64,000 nt of DNA from the human T2T-CHM13v2.0 reference genome, Homo sapiens: the NCBI RefSeq assembly GCF_009914755.1, contig NC_060939.1, one strand, 5' to 3'. Positions 1 to 19,279 of this stretch are shown piece by piece. Numbering within the stretch: the first letter of the stretch is position 1; each line of letters starts with the position of its first letter. Both the position numbers and the translations under genes were made by a program. A model generated the notes under the pieces. The model ran no database searches, had not been told where the DNA came from, and saw only the letters and a program-made list of their open reading frames with translations.

Positions 1-2247
1 TTAGTTATTTAAGTAATCTCCATACTGTTTTCTATACTGATTATACTAATTTACATTCCCGCCAGCATTGTAAAAGTGTTCTCTTTTTACCACATCCATG
101 CCAACATCTATTGTTTTTTGACTCTTTTATTATTACCATTCTTGCAGGAGTAAGGTGATATCTCATTGTGGTTTTAATTTGCATTTCCCTGATGATTCGT
201 GATGTTGAGCATTTATTCATGTTTGTTGGCTGTTTGTATATCTTTCTTTTGAGAAATGTCTATTCATGTCCTTTGCTCACTTTTTGATGGGATTATTGTT
301 TTTTTTTTTTTCTTGCTGATTTGAGTTCCTTGTAGATTCTGGATACTAGCCCTTTGTCAGATGCATAGTTTGTAAATATTTTTCTCCCACAGACTGTGGG
401 TTGTCTGTTTACTCTGCTGATTATTTCTTTTGCTGTGCAGAAGCTTTTTAGTTTAATTAGGTTCCATTTATTTATTTTTTTGTGTCATTTGCTTTTGGGG
501 TCTTATTCATAAATTCTTTACTTAAGCCAATGTCTAGAAGAGTTTTTCCAATGTTGTCTTCTATAATTTTTATGATTTCAGGTCTTAGATTTAAGTCTTT
601 GATCCATCTTGAGTTGACTTTTATATAAGGTGAGAGATGAGGATCCAGTTTCATTCTTATACATGTGGCTTGCCAGTTTTCCCAGCCAATTTATTGAATA
701 GGGAGTTCATTCTCCAATTTACATTTTTGCATACTTTGTCAAAGATCAGCTGGCTGTAAGTATTTGGCTTTATTTATGAGTTCTCTATTTTGTTACATTT
801 GGTCTAAGTGCCTATTTTTATACCAGTACCATGATGTTTTGGTAACTATAGCCTTGTAGTATAATTTGAGGTCCAATAATGTGATGTCTCCAGATTAGTT
901 ATTTTTGCTTACTATTGCTCTGTCTATGTGGGCTCTTTTTTGGTTCCATATAAATTTCAGGGATTTTTCCTAGCTCTGTGAAAAATGATAGTATTTTGCT
1001 GGGAATTACATTGAATTTGTAGATTGATTTGGGCAGTATGGTCATTTTCACAATATTGATTCTTCCTATCCATGAGAATGGGATGTGTTTCCATTTGTAG
1101 TTTTTATTGTAGAGATCTTTTACCTCCTTGGTTAAGTATATTCTCAGGTATTTTATTTTTTATTTTTGCAGCCATTGTAAAAGGGATTGAGTTCTTGATT
1201 TGATTCCCATATTTGTTGTTGTTGGTGTACACAGCAGTGCTACCGATTTTTCTACATTGATTTTGTAACCTAAAACTTTACTGAATTCATTGATCAGATC
1301 TAGTAGCCTTTTGGATGAGTCTTTAGGGTTTTCTAGGTGCATGATCATATCATCAGCAAATAGCAACAGTTTGACTTCTTTTTTTCCAATTTGGATGCCC
1401 TTTATTTATTTGTTTTTCCTGATTGCTCTGCCTAGAAGTTCTAGTACTATGCCAAATAGAAGTGGTAAAAGTGGGCATCCTTATCTTCTTCCAGTTTTCA
1501 GGGAGAATGATTTTAACTTTTTCCCATTCAGTATTATGTTGGCTGTGGGTTTGTCATATATGGCTCTTATTACTTTGAGGTAAGTTCCTTCTATGCCTAC
1601 TTTGTTGAGGGCTTTTCACATAAAGGAATGCTATATTTTATCAAATGCTTTTTCTGCATCTATTGAGATGATCATAGGGTTTTTGTTTTTAATTCTGTTT
1701 ATGTGATGTATCAAAATTATTGACTTATGTATGTTAAACCATCCTTGCATCCCTGGGATAAAACCCACTTGATCATATTGTACTATCTTTTTGATGCACT
1801 ATTAGATTCAATTATCTAGTATTTTCTTGAAGATCTTTGCATCTATGTTAATCAGTGATATGGATCTATTATTTTCTTTTATGTCCTTTCTTGATTTTGG
1901 TATTATGGTGATGCTGGCTTCACAGAATGATTTAGAGAGAAATTCTTCTTTCTCAATCTTTGAGAATACTTTCAGCAGGATTGGTACCAATTTTTTGAAT
2001 GTCAGGTAGAATTCAGCTGTGAATTCATCTGGTCCTGGACTTTTTTGTTGGCAATTTTTCTTTATTAGTGATTCAGTCTCACTACTTGCTATTGGTCTGT
2101 TCAGGGCTTCTATTTCTTCCTGATTTAATCTAGGATGGTTGTATGTTTTCCGAAATGTATCCATTTCCTCTAGATTTTCTAGTTTGTGTGCATAAAGGTG
2201 TTCACAGTATCCTTGAATTATCTTTGATGTAGGCATTTAACACTATA
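1..2247 (-). mobile_element. 5'-truncated LINE-1 (L1PB/L1MA-like), ORF2 remnant; continues beyond window start
   Basis: Minus-strand ORF fragments match L1 ORF2p: [24 protein letters not shown] (472-654), LFADDMI RT motif (1160-1366), [14 protein letters not shown] and [13 protein letters not shown] (1808-2236). Confidence 0.93.
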
Positions 2248-2255
2248 TAACATTC

Positions 2256-5393
<3,138 letters not shown>

Positions 5394-5399
5394 CACATA

Positions 5400-5821
5400 T
5401 GAGTACATTTTTGGACCTAGAGTTGGGCAAAGCCTTCTTAGATAGGATGCCAAATGGACAAGTAATGAAAGAAAAAGAAATGAATAAATTTGACTTCATC
5501 AGATCCAAAAACTTTTGTTCTTAAAAAGACACTACAAAAAATAAACATACAACCCAGAAAATGAAAGAAAATATGTGCAAATCACATACTGATATCTAGA
5601 ATATAATTTTAAAATCCATGTAATTTATAATGCAAAGATAAATTATTCAATATAAAAATGGACAAAGGTCATAAATAGATACTTTTCCAAGGAAGATATA
5701 CAAATGGCCAATAAGCACATGAAAACATACTTAAGAACATTAGCCATCAGGAAAATGTGAATAATAACCACAGTGAAATACCACTTCACACCCATTATAA
5801 CGACTATAATAAAAAACATAT
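5400..5821 (+). mobile_element. Old L1M (L1MB-like) ORF2 3' fragment, left part
   Basis: L1M-type sequence 'ggaagatatacaaatggccaataagcacatgaaaa...cagtgaaataccacttcacaccc'; resumes colinearly at about 11995 after the L1PA insertion. Confidence 0.8.
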
Positions 5822-6275
5822 GGAGGGTGGTGCCAAGATGGCCAAATAGGAACAGCTCCAGTGTACAGCTCCCAGCGTGAGCAATGCAGAAGACAGGTGA
5901 TTTCTGCATTTCCAACTGAGGTACCGGGTTCATCTCACTGGGGAGTGTCAGAGAGTGGGTGTAGGACAGTGGGTACAGCGCACCTAGCATGAGCTGAAGC
6001 AGGGCGAGGCATCGCCTCACCTGGGAAGCACAAGGGATCAGGGAATTCCCTTTCCTAGTCAAAGAAAGGGGTGACACATGGCACCTGGAAAATCGGGTCA
6101 CTCCAACCCTAATACTGTGCTTTTCCAACGGTCTTAGCAAACGGCACACCAGGAGATTATATCCTGTGCATGCCTCTGAGGGTATTATGCCCATGGAGCC
6201 TCGCTCATTGCTAGCATAGCAGTCTGAAATCAAACTGCAAGGTGGCAGCGAAGTTGGAGGAGGGGCACCCACCAT
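5643..6275 (-). CDS. L1 ORF0 homolog (antisense ORF), extended to 210 aa; translation unproven
   Basis: N-terminus MVGAPPPTSLPPCSLISDC...IRVGVTRFSRC matches primate L1 ORF0p. ATG at 6275-6273 with G at +4. Confidence 0.6.
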   Translation of the reverse strand: MVGAPPPTSLPPCSLISDCYASNERGSMGIIPSEACTGYNLLVCRLLRPLEKHSIRVGVTRFSRCHVSPLSLTRKGNSLIPCASQVRRCLALLQLMLGALYPLSYTHSLTLPSEMNPVPQLEMQKSPVFCIAHAGSCTLELFLFGHLGTTLHMFFIIVVIMGVKWYFTVVIIHIFLMANVLKYVFMCLLAICISSLEKYLFMTFVHFYIE

Positions 6276-6849
6276 TGAGGAGGCTTGAGTAGGTAAACAA
6301 AGCAGCTGGGAAGCTCAAACTGGGTGGAGCCCACTGCAGCTCAAGGAGGCCTGCCTGCCTCTGTAGACTCCTCCTCTGGAGGCAGAGCATTGCCAAACAA
6401 ACGGCAGCAGAATCCTCTGCAGACTTAAATGTCCCTGTCTGACAGCTTTGAAGAGAGGAGTGGTTCTCCCAACATGCAGCTGGAGATCTAAGAACAGACA
6501 GACTGCCTCCTCAAGTGGGTCCCTGACCCCCGAGTAGCCTAACTGGGAGGCACCCCCCAGTAGGGGCAGACTGACACCTCACATGGCCGCGTACTCCTCT
6601 GAGACAAAACTTCCAGAGGAACGATCAGGCAGCAACATTTGCTGTTCACCAATATCTGCTGTTCTGCAGCCTCCGCTGCTAATACCCAGGCAAACAGGGT
6701 CTGGAGTGGACCTCCAGCAAACTGCAACAGACCTGCAGCTGAGGGTGCTGACTGTTAGAAGGAAAATGAACAAACAGAAAGGACATCCACACCAAAACCC
6801 CATCTGTATGTCACCATCATCAAAGACAAAGGTAGACGAAACCATAAAC
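5822..6849 (+). promoter_or_regulatory. L1 5'UTR internal sense promoter and antisense promoter, with YY1 site
   Basis: YY1 motif CAAGATGGCC at 5834-5843. Many consensus CpGs have decayed to TG/CA. Confidence 0.8.
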
Positions 6850-7863
6850 ATGGGGAAAAAACAGAGCAGAAAAACTGGAAACTCTAAAAATCAGAGTGCC
6901 TCTCCTCCTCCAAAGGAATGCAGCTCCTCAACAGCAACAGAAAAAACCTGGATGGAGAATGACTTTGAAGAGTTGAGAGAAGAAGGCTTCGGATGATCAA
7001 ACTACTCCGAGCTAAAGGAGGAAGTTTGAATCCATGGCAAAGAAGTTAAAAACCTTGAAAAAAAATTAGATGAATGGCTAACTAGAATAACCAATGCAGA
7101 GAAGTCCTTAAAGGACCTGATGGAGCTGAACACTAAGGCACAAGAACTACGTGACAAATGCACAAGCCTCAGTAGCCGATTCGATCAACTGGAAGAAAGG
7201 GTATCAGTGATGGAAGATCAAATGAATGAAATGAAGCAAGAAGAGAAGATTAGAGGAAAAAGAATAAAAAGAAATGAACAAAGCCTCCAAGAAACATGGG
7301 ACTGTGTGAAAAGACCAAATCTATGTCTGATTGGTGTACATGAAAGTGACGGGGAGAATGGAACCAAGTTGGAAAACACTCTGCAGGACATTATCCAGGA
7401 GAACCCCAATCTAGCAAGGCAGGCCAACATTCAGATTCAGGAAATACAGAGAACGCCACAAAGATATTCCTCAAGAAGAGCAACTCCAAGACACAAAATT
7501 GTCAGATTCACCAAAGTTGAAATGAAGGAAAAAATGTTAAGGGCAGCCAGAGAGAAAGGTCAGGTTACCCACAAAGGGAAGCCCATCAGACTAACAGCGG
7601 ATCTCTCGGCAGAAACTCTACATGCCAGAAGAGAGCGGGGGCCAATAATCAACATTCTTAAAGAAAAGAATTTTCTACCCAGAATTTCATATCCAGCCAA
7701 ACTAAGCTTCATAAGTGAAGGAGAAATAGAATACTTTACAGACAAGCAAATGCTGAGAGATTTTGTCACCACCAGGCCTGCCCTAAAAGAGCTCCTGAAG
7801 GAAGCACTAAACATGGAAAGGAACAACCGGTACCAGCCACTGCAAAAACATGCCAAATTGTAA
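6850..7863 (+). pseudogene. L1 ORF1p (RNA-binding chaperone), disrupted
   Basis: MGKKQSRK start and RNNRYQPLQKHAKL* end. Premature TGA at 6994-6996 and 7027-7029; 7120-7863 remains open (RPNL, IVRFTKVEMKEK, YPAKLSF motifs). Confidence 0.93.
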
Positions 7864-7926
7864 AGACCATCGAGGCTAGGAAGAAACTGCATAAACTAAC
7901 GTGCAAAATAACCAGCTAACGTCATA

Positions 7927-11776
<3,850 letters not shown>

Positions 11777-11994
11777 ACAATGAGAACACATGGACACAGG
11801 AAGGGGAACACCACACACTGGGGCCTGTTATGGGGTGGGGGGAGGGGGAGGGATAGCATTAGGAGATATACCTACTGTTAAATGACGAGTTACTGGGTGC
11901 AGCACACCAACATGGCACATGTATACATATGTAACTAACCTGCATTTTGTGCACATGTACCCTAAAACTTAAAGTATAGTAATAAAAAATATAT

Positions 11995-12610
11995 ATATAA
12001 TAACGTGTTGGTGAGGGTGTGGAGAAAGTGAAGCCTTCATGCAATGCTGATGGGAATGCAAAATGGTGTATCTACTTTGGAAACAGCCTGCCAGTTCCTC
12101 AAATGCTAGGAGTCATCATATGACCCCAAAATTCCACTTCTAAGTATATGCTCAAAAAAAATGAAAAGACATGCACACACCAAAATTTGCACATAAATTT
12201 TTATAGCAATATTAATCGCAATAGTCAAAAAGGGAAAACAATCTATTAATCAATTGATGAGTGAATAAGTAAATGTTACATAGCAATGCAATGCGTATTA
12301 TTTGGCCAGAAAAAAAGTGAAGTACTGATACATGCTACAACACAGGTGAACTTTGAAAACATCCTAAGTGAAAGAGGTGAGTCTCAGAAGACCTCATATT
12401 GTATGATTCTATTTGTATGAAATATCCAGACTAGACAAATCTAAAGAGATAGAGATATTGGATTAGTGGTTGCCTAGGGCTATAGGCATCAGGAGCAAGT
12501 AACTGCTAATTGGTATGAGGTTTCTTTTGGAAGTGATAAAAATTTCTAAAATTAATTATGGTGATATTTACACAACTCTGTAAATATTTTAAAAACATAT
12601 TGAATTGTCA
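11995..12610 (+). mobile_element. Old L1MB-like 3' end, right part
   Basis: 'gtgttggtgagggtgtggagaaa...gtactgatacatgctacaaca...ggattagtggttgcctaggg...cacaactctgtaaata'. Confidence 0.82.
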
Positions 12611-13108
12611 AAAGAATAAATAAATTGAAGATTGTGTCTTAAAAAAAATAACAGAACCAATGATACAGACCAAGTTACCTCATTATGAATGAGAGTCACA
12701 ATATACTAGTGGGATATTGGTAAAGATGAAGGAAAAAATAACCTCAAAATTAATAACCTGAAAAATATGTGTGGTTTAGCTCATTTCAAATTATAAATCA
12801 ATATAGTCCTTAAATCTTTATAGAGAAATAAATCCTGCCTGAGTCCTTCTCTTCTGCATGGTATTATGTGGCAATGTCTATGGATAAAATAAATGCATTG
12901 TCACATAATGTTCACACCTATGTTCACAATTTATCCATACATCCATACAATGTAACACAATCTTCACAGTTTATCCATACAAAAATAATAATATAATTAC
13001 AGATGCAAGGCAATCGAGTTACTGTCATCCCAAAACCCTGAAATAAATCCTTGACATAAGTTCCAGACCCAAAAGACAGCCAAGTTCTGTGACTTCTTCA
13101 TCAGTAAT

Positions 13109-13395
13109 TTTTTTTTTTTTTTGAGATGGAGTCTTGCTCTGTTGCCCAGGCTAGAGTGCAGTGGTGCAATCTTGGCTCACTGCCAGCTCTGCCTCACGCC
13201 ATTCTCCTGCCTCAGCCTCCCGAGTAGCTGGGACTACAGGCGCCCACCACCATGCCCAGCTAATTTTTTGTATTTTTAGTAGAGACGGGGTTTCACCGTG
13301 TTAGCCAGGATGATCTCGATCTCCTGACCTCGTGATCCGCCCGCCTCGGCCTCCCAAAGTGCTGGGATTACAGTCGTGAGCCACCGTGCCCGGCC
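13109..13395 (-). mobile_element. AluY with small (~8 nt) internal deletion
   Basis: AluY diagnostics (acgccattctc, ccgtgttagccaggatg, gacctcgtgatcc). TSD catcagtaat at 13099-13108 / 13396-13405. Confidence 0.95.
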
Positions 13396-14129
13396 CATCA
13401 GTAATATTTCTTACATCTGCTTATTCTTACCACTATCAGCATCTCATTACCTCATACCCGCATTGTTGCCATTGCTGCCCAAATAATCCTGCTTTATGTA
13501 ATTTTCTTCTTTCCAATCTATTCAATATACTGCTGTCAAATAATCTTAAAAGTTGGCCTATATCATTAATTCAACTGCCCAGAAATATTTACACTGTCAC
13601 TGCCTCTAGGAAAATAAGCTTAAGTTGCTTATTTGGGTATTCAAGGATATCCTTTTTTACATACCAAATTATTTCCCCAAAATTACCTTCTAATTTTCCT
13701 TCGTAAATACTCTCTTCTAATGAGACCATTCCTAAATAAAAAAATCTGATAGTGTTTACCTTTGAATCATGCCTTTTCCTCAGCATATCCAAATTCTACC
13801 AATCTTTAAAAGTTTTGCTGCATGGTTGTCACTGAATGCTGTCAATTTGTATATTGGATAAAACTTAACATTTACCAAGAAACATTCCCTTGACTATACG
13901 ATGATTTCTGGCTTATCACTTTTTTTTGCCATCCACTGCAGATACATCATATCCTGCTTTGTCTACCCAAATGGATTTTAGGCATTTCACTAATATCAGT
14001 AATTTAGGCTTTTTGGAAAAGTTTCTATGGATATAGTCAGTGCTCAATAAAAGCAGTTTATAAATAAATCAAGAGTCGTACCACCAACAGAACCAACTCG
14101 TAGAGTTGAAGAAGAACAAAATTTGTTGG

Positions 14130-14260
14130 GGGAAGACCTTATAAATCATCTAGCCTAATCACTTTGTTGTATAATTGGGTAAAATAAGGCCCACATATAG
14201 AAAAAGACAGGCATAAGGTCCAACATTTGTTTGATAGCAGAGCCAAGACTAGACTGTGGT
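14130..14260. mobile_element. MIR fragment
   Basis: 'gaccttataaatcatctagcctaa...aaggtccaacat...gcagagccaagactaga' resembles the MIR core. Confidence 0.5.
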
Positions 14261-15029
14261 TTGTTATTCCCACCTGTCGGAAATCCTACCCTCAACCTAG
14301 AACATGTTGCCTAAATCTCAGTGCTCCCTTTAGTATGATATCATCTTAGAAATGAACTAAATTTCCCCAGTTGGTTCACAGGTGGGCATATGGTTATAGA
14401 AAAGGGGCAGCCCGTCCCTTGTCCTGAAGTCTGGAGAAAAGGTTCAGGGGAGTGGGTATATAACCTAGTCTATTGCAGTAGTAGTTATGCAAGACTGAAG
14501 CTTGCTCTACAATGACTAAAGCAGGTGTCATCTAGAATACCTCAAAGGCCAAACAACTTTCGCCCAACAGTTTTGATAAATTCTGAATTTGGAGAGTATA
14601 TGAATCCTGAGCACTATTTCCCATAGATATTATTGCTCCTACCTTTAAATTGTTAAATGTTGAATTATAGATGGCCAAGAAGATCCAGGAGCAAAGGGCC
14701 AATCATCTGCTTGAGTAATCCTCTCATACATCTGTCTTGTCTGAGAGCAAAGTGGAGACATTGCAGACAAAGGCACTCTCAGATCCATATCACATCTTTA
14801 AATTCAGATACCTCTGGGGAGTTACTCTTCCCTGGAGAGAAAACTAGGCTCAGTGCTTCTCAGAGTATCTTCTGAGTAGGAGAGGAAATAAGTGGTATTT
14901 ACTATCATGCTCCAAATGAAGGGATGGGAGGACATATTATTTAGAAGGGTAACTATATGAGCCACTGTCTCTTATAATTATTGTTCCTATCCATTACAAT
15001 GATATTTTAACACGGAATCTGCTGTCATC

Positions 15030-15300
15030 GAACTGTGAGACCTTGGCATATATCTTAAGCTCTTTGAATCTTGGCTTTACTATTTCAAAAACAAAAACAA
15101 AAGGCTTGGGAAACATTAATAATATGTCTCCTTCTCAAACTAAAATTGTCTGCTTTTAATACCTACCATTTGCACAGCACCATAGAGTGTATGAGTTTAC
15201 AAAAGCCTTTCACAGTATCTCAGGCCATTCTTACTATTTGTGAGCAGGTAGCACAGGTATCATTAGACCCATTTTACAGATAAAAGTATAGAGAAGTGAA
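15030..15300. mobile_element. MIR fragments
   Basis: 'ctgtgagaccttggca...' and 'cccattttacagataaa'. Confidence 0.5.
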
Positions 15301-15320
15301 GATCATAAACCAATCGATAG

Positions 15321-15741
15321 CGTCTTAATCCATTTGTGTTTCCATATGGGAATACTTGAAGCCAGGTAATTTATATAGAAAAGAGGTATATTTGGCCCAC
15401 GGTTCTGCAGGCTGTACAAGAAACATGGCACCAGCATTTCCTTCTTGAGAGGGCCTCAGGAAGCTTCCACTCATGGCAGAAGGTGAAGGAGAGCCAGCAT
15501 CAGATAGCAAGAGTGGAAAGAAGAGAGAGAGGTGGGAGGGAGGTGCCAAGCTCTTTTTAGCAATCAGTTCTCTAAGGAACTAATAGAGCAAGAACTCATT
15601 CATTACTTCAAAACTGGCATCAAGCCGTTCATGAGGGAGCCACCCCCAGGACTCAAGCCCCTCCCAATAGGCTCCACCTCCAACACTGGGCATCAAATTT
15701 TGACATGAGATCTGGAGGAGACAAATATCCAAATTATATCA
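15321..15741 (-). mobile_element. MaLR solo LTR (MSTB-like)
   Basis: 'ggttctgcaggctgtacaagaaacatggcaccagcat...ccacctccaacactggg'; 5-bp TSD gatag/ggtag. Confidence 0.9.
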
Positions 15742-15759
15742 GGTAGTAATCTTCTAGAT

Positions 15760-15988
15760 CAGGAATCAGCAAACTACAGCCCAAAGGCCAAATCTGACTG
15801 AGCACCTATTTTTGTAAATAAAATTTTATTGGAACACAGACAGACTTGTTAGTTCATGTATTGTCTTTGGTTGCTTTGATACACACACCAGTAGAGTCGA
15901 GCAGGTGCAACAAAAACTGTATGACCTGCAAAGTAAAAAATATTATCTCTTTGACACCTTCCAGAAAAAAGAAATCTGTCAACCTTTG
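15760..15988. mobile_element. MER58A (hAT-Charlie DNA transposon relic)
   Basis: 'cagg..tcagcaaactacagccc...ggccaaatc...tttgtaaataaaattttattggaacacag'; 8-bp flanks ttctagat/ttctagca. Confidence 0.85.
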
Positions 15989-17078
15989 TTCTAGCACATA
16001 GGTTTGTGATTTTTCACTGTAACACCTAGCTCCTAGCTCTGCAAGACCACTCTGATTTTTTTCTTGTCATCATTGTATTCAGATCTTTACCCCTGTTCTG
16101 TGGCCTCTACGTTCCACGTCCTATTTGGTTAGTCATTTGCAGAATGGAGTGCAAAAATTAAATTCATCAGATTCAGAAATCAGCATATACATTATATGTT
16201 TCTATTTTAAATGCAGTAGTGGAAAAATTTAAAAAAAAAACCTTTCATCACACACCTGCATAAGAAAAGAGACATCCTGCGACACAAATATACTGATGTC
16301 ATTATTATTATTGGGTTGTTGAGCACTAGCAGTGGTAAAACACATAAAGCCACAATCACTAGCCTGAAGCCTTTCAGCTGAAGCAAAGCACACAGCTTAA
16401 AAACAGAAGCTAGGACTAGAAAAACCGGTGAAATCTCTGAGGTGTGATTCAGCTCTCAGATGTAAGCATTGAATAAGGATGTTCACTCTGTATCACAAAC
16501 CTCAGAGTCGCAGAAATATTCAGTGACTGAGTATTATGGGGTTTTCTGATTCAGTGCACACATATGTGTGTGATATTTCAATTGTTACAACTCCATTGCT
16601 TTTGTAACTGTTTTTAATTACTCTTGAGACCATTTCTCAGTATGAGCTGAGCATATGGGCACTTTGCATTTTTTAAATCCTACTTTTGGAGTTATCCATG
16701 AGCTGAAAAACCCCAGCATTTTTTTTTCAAGTGTAATCAAGGTATTTCAGAATCCTTCACACCAGCAGCAGGAAGGAAGCAGCTTACTGGGTCTTCATTG
16801 GTCACTACCATGAGAGCTCTCCCTTGGAGAACTTCGCACACAATGGCGTGTTTCTGGTTACTGGAAGCTATTCAGTCATTTATTTGACAGAGATTAATTA
16901 AAGAAATACTGTCAACACAACTCTGGATGAGGAGAATAAAATGAATGAAAGAGGATCCTTGCTTTCATAATATCTTGGCATTATAAGGTAGTCATTGAAT
17001 TATTCATTCATTTTCCAATTGTTTATTGAGGACCTACTACATGTTGAGCACTATGCCAGACACTTCAAATAGAATGGG

Positions 17079-17079
<1 letters not shown>

Positions 17080-17116
<37 letters not shown>
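17080..17116. repeat. (CA)n microsatellite
   Basis: Direct observation. Confidence 0.97.
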
Positions 17117-17118
<2 letters not shown>

Positions 17119-17179
17119 AAACACATTTACTTCTGCACTTCTTGAGCTTAAATAACTTTGGAATGTATGTAAGACTTGA

Positions 17180-18030
17180 CAAAGCATATAAGCAACAAAG
17201 GATTCATACTGAGAACATATAAATGATTCCTATAACTGAATTTTTTTTTAAAAAAAACAGAAATCTCAATAGAAAAATGGGCAAAATATGTGAATAGACT
17301 CTTTACGAAAGAGGATATTCAACTTGTCAGCCACCAGAGAATTGCAAATTAAAACTACAATGTGATACCACTAAATGCCCACTTTAGAATGGCTAAAATT
17401 AAGAATTCAGAAAATACTAAGTGTGGTTAAGAGTGTGGCACAACTGAAACTCTTTTTACTGCTGTTAGGAGTGTTGATTGGTAAAACCACCTTAGAAAAC
17501 TGTTTTCCATTACCAACTAAATTAGAACATACCCATGACCTTGTATTTTCTATCCTAGCAAATACATTCCTATGTTCACCAAAACGCACAAAGTAGAATG
17601 CTGATAGCAGCACTATTTGTAATAGCTCCAAATTGGAAACTATCCAAATACCCATCAACAATGCAATGGAATAAATTCCGGAATTTTCACCCAATGGAAT
17701 ATTATATAGCAAAGACTAAATTATTAACAACTGTATGTAACAATATAGGTGAATCATATGAACATAAGCTTGAATCAGAAAGACAATAAGCGGAAAAGGA
17801 TAATGACTGTGTGATTCGATTTATGCAGGGTAAAAACTGATTGGTAGCTTTGGAAATCAAGATGGTGGTTCATTTCGATGTGGGCCTAAAGAAGTTGCAA
17901 ACAGACGGAGGCATAAGGGGAATCCTAGGTCCTGCTAGAACTCTCTTAGTCCATTGGTGTGCTGGTTACCTGGGCGTATTCACCTTTTGAAAACCTATTG
18001 AGCTGTACGCATATGATTTGTTTTATTAAA
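17180..18030 (+). mobile_element. L1ME-like 3' end
   Basis: 'aatagaaaaatgggcaaaa...gcaaattaaaactacaatg...agaatggctaaaattaag...gcagcactatttgtaatagc'. Confidence 0.8.
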
Positions 18031-18249
18031 AGTGCATATGAGGCATTCCACAATCGAGAGTTAAAATAAACTCCAAAGTGAGTTCATGGGAGGGGACTAT
18101 CCCTTCCCTACAGGAAACGGTCTCCAGTAGTAACACCGGTACTAAGCTGTAAAGAATGGAAATGGTTTTAATCCACAGAAAGGGGATAAGACATTCCATG
18201 AGGAGCAAAATGTTCTTTGCAGAAGAGTGGACCTAAGAAAATACGGAGC

Positions 18250-18700
18250 AATTTGTGAAACATGAGATCTGTGGAAGAAGAATAAATCAAGCTAGAAAGG
18301 TAAGCGCTAGCCAGAATGTGGAGAGCCTTGAGAGAGGCCCTTGGCTTTTGTGAAATAGGCATTTGGGAGATATTCAGGGGTTCTAAGCAGGGCAGAGATG
18401 ATCAGAGCTGTATTCAGGGAAGATTAACTTGGCAGTTGTATTGCAGAGTGAATTAGAAAGTGGAGAAACAGGGGAAAGGGAGACCAATTTGGATGTAATT
18501 GCAATTGTCTGAGTGGTATGTAATTAGGCCTAAATTAGGGTGGTAGCATGAGTGGAAAAGAGGAGATGTATGGAAGAGGCATTAGAGGAGACAAAGCAAC
18601 TTATTGGATTTTTGTTGTTGTTGTTGAGGGAGATGGAAGAGCCCAAGGAAGCCAATCTGGGCGATTGGAAGATAAATCATGCCATTAACTGAAATAGTTA
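18250..18700 (-). mobile_element. L2 fragment
   Basis: 'ttctaagcagggcagagatgatcaga...aagattaacttggcag...ggcctaaattagggtggtagc'. Confidence 0.6.
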
Positions 18701-18879
18701 AATTAGGATCTCTTCCTTGAGAGCAAGGGCTGAGCACTGATGAGTTCTTGTTTCTCATATACCAGAGCTGCCCCTGAACATAACAGCTCAGTGCAGCTCA
18801 ATGTGGGGACTTAGGCCTCTCAGGAAAAATGACATGGTACTTTCCCAGCCATGCATATATAAAATAGATTCTGATTTTC

Positions 18880-19279
18880 TTATAGAATGGAAGCTGCCCA
18901 GCTAAAATATACGTTTTCCAACCTACTTTGTAGATGACCATGGCAATATGAGTGGGTTGTAAGGAAAGGTAAATTGTGTAACTTTAAGCCTGTACCCTTA
19001 AAGGGAGATGGAATGTTCTTCTCTTCTTCCCCTCATCCTGCTGGCTGAAATGCAGGTGTGATGGCAACAACTAATGCAGCCCTCAAGGACCATGAATGGA
19101 AGCTGCAGGACAAAAGCAAGACAGAGGCAGGCTGGGTCCTTGATGATTGTAGAACAATTCACTAGCCCAGATAGTCTCTTTGGATCTTTATGTGGCAGAG
19201 AAATAATATCTTGTTTATGTCACTGATAGTTTGCATCTGTCTCTGTTACTGTAACTAAATTGGTATCTTAAATAATTCA
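18880..19279 (+). mobile_element. MLT1J-like MaLR LTR
   Basis: 'cctgctggctgaaatgcaggtgtgatggc...gagaaataatatcttgtttatgtcactg...taattca'. Confidence 0.6.
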
